A DNA stretch of 64,000 nucleotides from Vicinamibacterales bacterium (GTDB lineage Bacteria > Acidobacteriota > Vicinamibacteria > Vicinamibacterales > UBA8438): positions 947,986-1,011,985 of the forward strand of contig OZ252008.1 of NCBI GenBank assembly GCA_965246995.1, given 5' to 3'. A program made the position numbers and the translations under genes. The notes beneath the pieces are model-generated. The model made no database searches, was not told where the DNA came from, and was given only the letters and a program-made list of their open reading frames with translations. Within the stretch, counting starts at the first letter, position 1, and every line of letters begins with the position of its first letter. Below, one piece after another: positions 57,439 to 64,000 of this stretch.

Positions 57439-58934
57439 CTCGACTGTCCCCGATCACCGGAATTCGCTTCGCTGCCCCGGGCGCCGCGCGTCTGGCCGTC
57501 GCCGGCCTGTTCGCGCTGACCGCCCTGGCCGCACCGGCCGCACCGGCCGCCGCGCAGGAGACCGCCATGTTCGGCAACACGCCCGAACGCAACATGGTGT
57601 CGGACGAAACCGGCGTGGTCTCCGAGTGGGATGCCTCAACCGGGCGAAACGTTCTCTGGTCGCAGCCAGTCGGATCACAGGCCTACGGCGGACCGGTGGT
57701 GGCGAACGGCCGTGTCTATGTCGGCACGAACAACGAGGGGCGTCGCGACCCGGCGATCGACGGCGACAAGGGCGTCGTCATGGCGTTCGAAGCCACTGGC
57801 GGCGATTTCCTGTGGCAGATGGTCCATCCCAAGCTATCGTCCGGCCGCGTGAACGATTGGCCGCTGCAGGGCATCTGCTCCACCGCGTTCATGGAAGGCG
57901 ACCGGATCTGGTACGTCTCGAACGAGGCGCACATCGTCTGCCTCGACGCGAAGGGCCTTGCCGACGGCAACGAGGGTCCGTTCATGGACGAGGAGCAGAC
58001 CGGCGGCCAGAATGGCGACATTATCTGGTCGTACGACATGATCGGCGAGCTCGACGTCTTCCCGCACAACCTCGCCACCGGCTCCCCCCTCATCGTCGGT
58101 GACGTCCTGTTCACGGTAACCAGCAACGGCGTCGACGAGGGCCACGTCAACATTCCGTCCCCCTTCTCGCCCGCCTTCATCGCCCTCGACAAGAACACGG
58201 GCGAACTGCTTTGGGAATCGAACCCGGTGGGCGAAGAGGTCCTGCACGGCGCCTGGACGAACCCGACGTACGGGGTCGTCGACGGACGGGCTCAGGTGAT
58301 CTTCCCGGGCGGTAACGGCGTCATCTACAGCCTCGACCCGGAGACGGGCGACCTGCTCTGGGAATTCGACTGCAACCCGAAGGACTCCGAGTGGATCCTT
58401 GGGGGACGGGGTACGCGCAACAACATCCTTTCGACGCCGGTGGTGTACGACAACAAGGTGTACATCGGCGTCGGCCAGGACCCGGAGCATGGCGAGGCGC
58501 CGGGCCACCTCTGGGTGATCGACGCGACCGGCAGGGGTGACGTGACCGACACGCACGTCGTCTGGCACCGGGGAGGCGAAGACTTCTACCGGACGATGTC
58601 GACCGCCGCGATCGCCGACGGCGTCCTCTACATCTCGAGCCTCTCCGGCTTCCTGCACGCCCTCGACGCGCAGACCGGCGAGGAGTTCTGGACCTACGAC
58701 ACGTTCGCGGCGGTCTGGGGCTCCCCGTTCGTCGCCGACGGCAAGGTGTTCCTGGGCGACGAGGATGGCGACGTCGCGGTCCTGCGCGCGGGACGCGAAC
58801 TCGAGCTCCTGGGAGAGTACAACCTCGGGGCCGCCGTCTACTGCACCCCGGTAGTCCGCGACGGCGTCCTCTACGTCCTCACCCGGAACCGCATCTGGGC
58901 CTTCCAGGAAGGCGCCCAGGGCGACCCGCTCTGA
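57435..58934 (+). CDS. secreted PQQ-like beta-propeller repeat protein
   Basis: 499 aa with an ATGA overlap with the preceding gene. It has a signal peptide and propeller blades (VMAFEATGGDFLWQ, IALDKNTGELLWE, IYSLDPETGDLLWEF, LHALDAQTGEEFW). Confidence 0.8.
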   Translation: MTRLSPITGIRFAAPGAARLAVAGLFALTALAAPAAPAAAQETAMFGNTPERNMVSDETGVVSEWDASTGRNVLWSQPVGSQAYGGPVVANGRVYVGTNNEGRRDPAIDGDKGVVMAFEATGGDFLWQMVHPKLSSGRVNDWPLQGICSTAFMEGDRIWYVSNEAHIVCLDAKGLADGNEGPFMDEEQTGGQNGDIIWSYDMIGELDVFPHNLATGSPLIVGDVLFTVTSNGVDEGHVNIPSPFSPAFIALDKNTGELLWESNPVGEEVLHGAWTNPTYGVVDGRAQVIFPGGNGVIYSLDPETGDLLWEFDCNPKDSEWILGGRGTRNNILSTPVVYDNKVYIGVGQDPEHGEAPGHLWVIDATGRGDVTDTHVVWHRGGEDFYRTMSTAAIADGVLYISSLSGFLHALDAQTGEEFWTYDTFAAVWGSPFVADGKVFLGDEDGDVAVLRAGRELELLGEYNLGAAVYCTPVVRDGVLYVLTRNRIWAFQEGAQGDPL

Positions 58935-58996
58935 GGGTGCGCCGGCCTGGTGCGCCGGCCTCCCGGCCCGGCACCCTCCGTCATCAACCGCCGCTG

Positions 58997-59035
58997 CTAG
59001 GCGCCGCGACCCGATGTGAGATGATGGGCTCCTAG
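58997..59035. repeat. 39-bp CTAG-bounded mini-element
   Basis: The sequence is CTAG-GCGCCgcgacccgatgtgagatgatGGGCTC-CTAG. The termini resemble those of the 184-bp element and its 48-bp derivative. It ends 6 nt before the ATG at 59042. Confidence 0.5.
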
Positions 59036-59041
59036 TCCGTC

Positions 59042-60142
59042 ATGACAAGAGTGTGCATTCCGATGCTCCTGGCAGGCTTGGTCCTGAGCCTGTCGCCGGT
59101 CCACGCGCAGAGCGGTGACCCCGGCGCGTGGGACCCGCAGGCCGCTGCCGCCTATCTCGACAAGCGTGCGGACTGGTGGTCGGGCTGGGAGACGGCGGCG
59201 CGGGAAAGCGGCACATTCTGCCTTTCGTGCCATACGACGGCCCCATACGGCCTCGCCCGGCCGATGCTGCGGCCCGCGGGCCATGCAAGCGAGGCGACGC
59301 AGTACGAGCGGGCGGTGCTCGAGAGCGCGACGACCCGCGTCACCCACTGGGCCGAGATCGGCCCCTTCTACACCGACGAGCGCCACGGCCCACCCAAGAC
59401 GAGCCAGTCGCGGGGGACCGAAGCGATACTCAACGCGCTGATCCTCGCTCAGCACGACGCGCGGCGCGGCGTGCTGAGCGACCGGACGCTCCAGGCATTC
59501 GACAACCTCTGGGCACTGCAGCAGACGGAGGGCGCCGCCGCGGGCGCGTGGCCCTGGCTGCACTTCAACCTCGCGCCGTGGGAATCGGACGAGGGGCCGT
59601 ACCACGGGGCGGCGCTGGCCGCCGTGGCGGTGGGACTCGCACCGGACGGCTATGGCGCCCGCTCCGAGATCCAGGACAACGTCGCACGGCTCGGTGATTA
59701 CCTCCGGCAGCAGCTCGACAGCCAGCCGCCCTTCAATCGCGCCATGGCGCTATGGGCCTCCGGGGCGCTGCCCGATCTCCTGGCGGACGCGCAGCGGCAG
59801 GTGATCGTCGACGAGATCGTCGGCCTGCAACGGGAGGACGGCGGTTGGAGCCTGCCGTCGCTCGGAACCTGGTCCCGGCGGGACGAGACACGCCTCGACA
59901 CGAAGAGCGACGGGTACGCGACGGGGCTGGTCACGTTCGCGCTGCAGCAGGCCGGGCTGCCCCGCGATCACGATGCGGTCGCGGGCGGCCTCGGCTGGCT
60001 CGCGCGAAACCAGGACGCCGACGGATCCTGGCCTGCCTCGTCACTCAACCGAAAGCACGATCCGGCGTCGGACCGCGGCCGCTTCATGCGCGATGCCGGG
60101 ACCGCCTACGCCGTGCTGGCCCTGACGGCGGGCGAGGACTGA
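59042..60142 (+). CDS. secreted protein with one CXXCH motif and prenyltransferase/terpene-cyclase-like alpha-alpha toroid repeats
   Basis: 366 aa with a signal peptide and FCLSCH at about residue 59. C-terminal repeats are QREDGGWS, DGYATGLVTFAL and NQDADGSW. Confidence 0.6.
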   Translation: MTRVCIPMLLAGLVLSLSPVHAQSGDPGAWDPQAAAAYLDKRADWWSGWETAARESGTFCLSCHTTAPYGLARPMLRPAGHASEATQYERAVLESATTRVTHWAEIGPFYTDERHGPPKTSQSRGTEAILNALILAQHDARRGVLSDRTLQAFDNLWALQQTEGAAAGAWPWLHFNLAPWESDEGPYHGAALAAVAVGLAPDGYGARSEIQDNVARLGDYLRQQLDSQPPFNRAMALWASGALPDLLADAQRQVIVDEIVGLQREDGGWSLPSLGTWSRRDETRLDTKSDGYATGLVTFALQQAGLPRDHDAVAGGLGWLARNQDADGSWPASSLNRKHDPASDRGRFMRDAGTAYAVLALTAGED

Positions 60143-60171
60143 GCAACTCGCACTCTTGCCCGCGCCCTGCG

Positions 60172-60197
60172 CTAGGAGTCCATATACGGGCTCCTAG
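60172..60197. repeat. 26-bp CTAG-bounded mini-palindrome
   Basis: The sequence is CTAGGAGtCC-atatac-GGgCTCCTAG. It lies between convergent genes. The right CTAG supplies the TAG stop of the gene at 60194..60589. Confidence 0.6.
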
Positions 60198-60589
60198 AAG
60201 TCGTCGGGGGCGGAGGCACTCCCGCCATCCCAGTCCTTGACGGATCCATCCGCCGCCTTCAGGAACCCGAGCAGACATCCAGGGGAGCCGTCCCGGACCG
60301 GGTGGCAGCGCGCCTTGACCGCGTCGCCCGGCCGAACGTAGTCGCGAGTGACGCCGATCCCCTCGAGCCCGTTGCGGTCGGTGGCCTCCAGCGCCCATAT
60401 CTGCGGCTGGCCGTCGGATCCCTCCACTTCCACGTAGATCCAGGAATGCGGAACCAGCAGGTGCAATTCCGTGACCACACCCTCGATGTCCGTGAACGTG
60501 TCCGAGTAGTTGCCGTGAGAATGGTGCGCGCTGGCTGGCAACGCCAGGGAAACCGCACAGACGGCTGCAAGAGTCAGTTTGAACCGCAT
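60194..60589 (-). CDS. DUF6152-like secreted protein
   Basis: ORF 60194..60787 trimmed to ATG 60589, downstream of GGAGGG. The signal peptide is followed by AHHSHGNY...GVVTELHLLVPHSWIYVEV. Confidence 0.6.
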   Translation of the reverse strand: MRFKLTLAAVCAVSLALPASAHHSHGNYSDTFTDIEGVVTELHLLVPHSWIYVEVEGSDGQPQIWALEATDRNGLEGIGVTRDYVRPGDAVKARCHPVRDGSPGCLLGFLKAADGSVKDWDGGSASAPDDF

Positions 60590-60617
60590 ACTCGCCCTCC
60601 TCAAAGCTCTTCTCCAG

Positions 60618-61286
60618 TTAGAACACTGCCGGGACACGGGGCGGCACTGGGAACCCGTTGGTGTACGGGAACTGGTAGCGAAGCCCGGCCCCGTTCTCGT
60701 CGAGCCATCCCAGGGACTGCTGAAAGAGCGCCGGCTCGGGATAGCCCCGAGGGACGGTGCCTTCCAGGACGTAGAGCTTGTTCTCATGCATGTAGATAGA
60801 CACGAACGTGCGGGACTGGTCGGGGTTGGTCAGGTGCAACTGGTGCCCCTCGACGCGGTCGACGGAGTTGTAGCCCAAGTGCGTCGCCTCAGCGTCCCCC
60901 TGCAGGAACCTCCAGGTCGCGTAGAGCATCGCGCCCCGCAGATCGTGCCTCCAGTACCCTTCGCCGGTAAGCCCGCCTCCGCTGCACCGCTCCGCGCCCG
61001 GCGGGCAGTCCTGGGCCTTCTCCGAGAGGATTCTCTCCGCGTGGCTGTAATCGGCCACCGTCACGGTGTAGCGGCTCGGACCGACCTCGGCGGCGTAGAC
61101 GCGCGCTGGCAACTCGGCCCCGAACTCGGACGCCCAGGTCGTTTCCGTCACCTGCGGCTGGCCCGGAAAGTTGCACGTGAAGCGATCTTCCTGACTCGCG
61201 AACTCGACCCACTCCTGCGACGACGCGGGCGCGGGAATCGACAGGATTGACGCCACCGCAACGACTGTAGTCAGGCGCATTGTCAT
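60618..61286 (-). CDS. secreted hypothetical protein
   Basis: 222 aa with a signal peptide. I recognise no family. It sits between the cytochrome and DUF6152-like genes on the same strand with 23-28 nt gaps. Confidence 0.6.
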   Translation of the reverse strand: MTMRLTTVVAVASILSIPAPASSQEWVEFASQEDRFTCNFPGQPQVTETTWASEFGAELPARVYAAEVGPSRYTVTVADYSHAERILSEKAQDCPPGAERCSGGGLTGEGYWRHDLRGAMLYATWRFLQGDAEATHLGYNSVDRVEGHQLHLTNPDQSRTFVSIYMHENKLYVLEGTVPRGYPEPALFQQSLGWLDENGAGLRYQFPYTNGFPVPPRVPAVF

Positions 61287-61309
61287 TCCTCCCTGGGACG
61301 GCTCCTCCC

Positions 61310-62239
61310 TCAGGGGCCCTGCCGGCAGCGGTCGGTTCCAGCACCACGCCCTTCGGCGCCCACGTCACGGTAGACCTCGTGGCAGTTATCGCAAGTGTCG
61401 TTGAGCTGGTCGGTGACCTCGATGACAGCGTCGAGGCTCCTGGACTGCGACGCCCGATAGGCAGCCTGCCCCGCTTCCATCAGCGCCTCGGTGAACTCCT
61501 GCCAATCGGCCCGTTCCACGGGAACGGGCCTCCCGTTCTCACACCGGCGTCCCGGCACCAGGAACAGGGGCGCCGACTCGGCTAGCGCCAGCGCGGCCAG
61601 GTCGATGGCCTCCCATCCGGGATAGACCGTGGATCCCCACTCGACAAAGTCGAACGACCTGGAGCCCGTCGGCGGCGGGATGTCGGCGCCGGGGTCCTTG
61701 ATCTGCACGTTGAAAACGCTATTGGAAGCGGGAAAGGCGATGGCGCGCATCAGTTGGGCGAGGTTGGCGATCGGGGCAGCGGCAATGTCCCCGCCGGTGG
61801 CGGACGCGGAAGCGGTGGGCGACGTGGGAAGCGCAATACCCGGCAACGCGGCGTCGGTCAGCTCCGCTGGTCCGGCCGGGAAGCCGCCGGCTTGAAGGAT
61901 GTAGGCCCCAAGGTCGATCGATTCCTGCCGGGAGAGGGGCACCGACGCCTGGAGGGGCATGGTGTTACGGATCTTGTCGACGAGCTCCACCACCGGGCGC
62001 GCGCTCCAGATCGAGAGGAAGCCTTCGCCTGCGAGCGGTGGGCCGACGCTGCCCTCCAGCGCGTCGCCGTGACAGGTCACGCACTGATCCTGATAGACCC
62101 GACGGCCGCGCGCCGCCTGCTCGGCGGTATACACGCCCTCCGTCACAATCTGCGCTTGTGTGGCGTGCCCGGTGAGTACGCACGCGAGCACGAGTAACGC
62201 TATCGCCACACGCTCTAATCGAAGCGGCGCGACCATCAC
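61310..62239 (-). CDS. dihaem c-type cytochrome (N-terminal class I domain + C-terminal cytochrome c'-like domain)
   Basis: 309 aa with a signal peptide. CVTCHG lies near the N-terminus, with a downstream Met (IRNTMP). A second CXXCH (CDNCHEVYR) sits close to the C-terminus after a helical region, as in class II cytochromes. Confidence 0.75.
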   Translation of the reverse strand: MMVAPLRLERVAIALLVLACVLTGHATQAQIVTEGVYTAEQAARGRRVYQDQCVTCHGDALEGSVGPPLAGEGFLSIWSARPVVELVDKIRNTMPLQASVPLSRQESIDLGAYILQAGGFPAGPAELTDAALPGIALPTSPTASASATGGDIAAAPIANLAQLMRAIAFPASNSVFNVQIKDPGADIPPPTGSRSFDFVEWGSTVYPGWEAIDLAALALAESAPLFLVPGRRCENGRPVPVERADWQEFTEALMEAGQAAYRASQSRSLDAVIEVTDQLNDTCDNCHEVYRDVGAEGRGAGTDRCRQGP

Positions 62240-62321
62240 GAGTCTACCTTACCGCCCGTCGCTCGCCCCCGCAAGGCCCACGGGCCCGGGTCGGACACCC
62301 CAGCCGACCCCGCCGTGACGG

Positions 62322-62340
62322 CTAGGAGCCCGACTCCTAG
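62322..62340. repeat. 19-bp CTAG-bounded mini-palindrome
   Basis: The sequence is CTAGGAG-cccga-CTCCTAG, a 7-bp stem. The right CTAG supplies the TAG stop of the M28 peptidase gene. Confidence 0.6.
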
Positions 62341-64000
62341 TTCCGCGCGCGCGGAATCAGTTCGACGGTGACCCGTTCGCCGTCGCGGACCACGATCACC
62401 TCGGCCGGCTGTCCGACGCGGAGCAGGTCGAGGGCGAACATGTAGTCGTAGATATCCCCCACCTCGCGGCCGGCAAGGCTGACGATGACGTCGCCCCCCT
62501 CGAGGCCCGCCTCGGCCGCGGGGCCGCCCGCGACGACGCCGGAAAGGGCAAGCCCTTCCGTTTCCTGCGTGTAGTCCGGGATCGTGCCCGTGTAGATCCG
62601 CATCATCGCGGTGCCGCCCTGCTGCTCCTCGCGCTCCACCTCGACGAAGTCCGGCGGCTCCGGACGGAGAGCGAGGTTGCCAGCAACCACGCTGGCCAGG
62701 TCGACGATCTTCGCGATGCCGTCGTAGTTGAGAGTGTCAGCGTCGTCGGACGGCCGGTGATATTCCTCGTGGGAGCCGGTGAAGAAATTGAGGCTCGGCA
62801 CGTCAGCATCGTTCAGGCTCCGGACGTCCGTAGGCAGGTACGGATCGGCAACGAACGACAGGGTCAGATCGGCCGGCTCGTTCAGCTCCTCCACCAGGTC
62901 GGTCCAGATCGAGCTGCTGCCGACCGCTTGCACATTGACGGTGTTCTCGCGCAGGCGGCCCACCATGTCGAAGTTGATGTAAGCCGCGATCTCCTCTGTC
63001 GGAACGGGCGGCCGCTCGACGAAGTCGTCCGAGCCGAGCAGGCCCAGTTCCTCGCCGGACCAGAACGCCAGGATGACGCCCCGGTCGCGCTCGACCTCCG
63101 CAAGGCGCTCCCCCACCGCAAGAACCGCAGCAACGCCCGACGCATTGTCGTCGGCGCCGTTGTGGACTTGTCCCACTTCGTCGTCGCGCGCGAGCGAGTC
63201 GCCACCGAGGCCCCGACCCAGGTGGTCGTAGTGGGCGCCCAGCAGCAGGTACGGCTTGTCGACCTCCGCGTCGCGGGTGGGCGGCAACCAACCGATCACG
63301 TTGTGGCCGGCACCCGGCTGGCGTTCGAGGCGGACATCGAGCGCCGCGGCGAGCGGCAGATCGAAGCCGGCGATGTGCGGGTTAGCGGTGTCGAATTCTG
63401 CCTGCACCTCGGCGAGCGGACGACCGGCGCTCTCGACGATCGCCGCGCCGAGCGCGCCATCGACGGTCGCCGCGACCAGGCCGGCGTCGCCCATCGCGTT
63501 GTCGAAGGTGAGTGGCGCGAGTTCGCCCGCGTTGGGCGAGTTCGGGCCGGTGAGCACGATCAGGCCGACCGCGCCGCGCTCACGCGCCGCGAAAGCCTTG
63601 TTGCGAAGTCCCGCGACGCGCGACAGCTCGCCACGCACGTCGCCCTCCGACTCCTCTGGGAAATAGCGGAGAACAACGGCGATCTTTCCTTCGACATCGA
63701 GCGTCGCGTAGCTGTCGTAGCTGAAACCATCGGCCGTCTCCGAAACCGACAGCCCGTAGCCGGCGAAGACCAGCGCCGCCTCGAGGGAGTCGGTCTCCGA
63801 GAAGGCAAGGCCCCGAACGGACGGCGTATCGCCGCCGGAGGCTTCGGGCAGCGCGACCGACTCGCCCTCCGCATCGGTGAGCGCGATCGCCGTGCCGGTG
63901 TCCTCGATCCCCGAAGTGAACGCGAACTCGTGGCGGAACGCGTCGTGGTCCGGCAGCGGCTCGGCGCCGATCGACTGCAACTGGCCGATCAGGTAGTGCG
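62337..64000 (-). CDS. M28-family aminopeptidase with PA and C-terminal PDZ domains; 5' end beyond the window
   Basis: The frame stays open upstream of the track's TTG at 63980 as far as the window edge (..HYLIGQLQSIGAEPL). M28 blocks are NVIGWLP, LLGAHYDHLG, GADDNASG and FWSGEELGLLGS. The PDZ tail is GLEGGDVIVSLAG. Confidence 0.8.
   Translation of the reverse strand, partial: HYLIGQLQSIGAEPLPDHDAFRHEFAFTSGIEDTGTAIALTDAEGESVALPEASGGDTPSVRGLAFSETDSLEAALVFAGYGLSVSETADGFSYDSYATLDVEGKIAVVLRYFPEESEGDVRGELSRVAGLRNKAFAARERGAVGLIVLTGPNSPNAGELAPLTFDNAMGDAGLVAATVDGALGAAIVESAGRPLAEVQAEFDTANPHIAGFDLPLAAALDVRLERQPGAGHNVIGWLPPTRDAEVDKPYLLLGAHYDHLGRGLGGDSLARDDEVGQVHNGADDNASGVAAVLAVGERLAEVERDRGVILAFWSGEELGLLGSDDFVERPPVPTEEIAAYINFDMVGRLRENTVNVQAVGSSSIWTDLVEELNEPADLTLSFVADPYLPTDVRSLNDADVPSLNFFTGSHEEYHRPSDDADTLNYDGIAKIVDLASVVAGNLALRPEPPDFVEVEREEQQGGTAMMRIYTGTIPDYTQETEGLALSGVVAGGPAAEAGLEGGDVIVSLAGREVGDIYDYMFALDLLRVGQPAEVIVVRDGERVTVELIPRARN

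Noticed and set aside
58935-58976. A tandem 13-bp duplication (GTGCGCCGGCCTG GTGCGCCGGCCTC) inside a GC-rich imperfect hairpin, just after the stop of the second PQQ-propeller gene.
   Set aside because: It may be a terminator-like hairpin, but there is no U-tract and the arms pair imperfectly. A two-unit repeat is too short to call a feature.

Overview
High-GC bacterial chromosomal window (about two-thirds G+C by eye). A VWFA-related 'acidobacterial' domain protein and several CarboxypepD_reg/TPR secreted proteins suggest an Acidobacteriota-like origin, but that is inference only. I support about 55 protein genes and one tRNA-Glu(CUC); I saw no rRNA and no CRISPR array. All family names come from motif recognition by eye, since no database could be searched.

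Left third (housekeeping):
- A minus-strand beta-oxidation row: FadN-type dehydrogenase/hydratase, alpha/beta hydrolase, thiolase and acyl-CoA dehydrogenase, running on into DUF1684 and HAD genes.
- A cupredoxin-ctaA-ctaB-DUF420 row.
- A feoA-feoB fusion, metH and a Kef-like antiporter.

Middle (accessory and decayed):
- IS1380-family and IS1182-family elements lying back to back.
- A TonB-dependent receptor gutted by an internal deletion.
- A Zn/Cd-type P1B ATPase.
- About 1.3 kb of gene wreckage.
- vapBC and czcCBA.

Right:
- osmC, a PhoX-like gene and a HupE-like gene.
- Two PQQ-propeller proteins.
- A haem/redox gene group.
- A partial M28 peptidase gene.

The strongest signal not explained by genes is a family of CTAG-bounded inverted-repeat elements:
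- Two 184-bp copies, one of them sitting inside the czc operon.
- One 48-bp deletion derivative.
- Three 19-39 bp mini-palindromes.
- Several solo termini.
- Seven of these loci contain the stop codon of the adjacent gene.
- Both IS elements are bounded by the same tetranucleotide.

Other hidden signals:
- A 64-codon Cys-rich ORF with an in-frame TGA (Cys-TGA dyad), coupled by TGATG to the downstream membrane-protein gene.
- A cluster of ACATCTAGC iterons in a low-GC noncoding patch.
- A perfect 11-bp palindrome abutting the vapB start codon.

I found no complete novel multi-gene system that I can defend. The repeat family and the TGA-containing ORF are the most checkable novelties.
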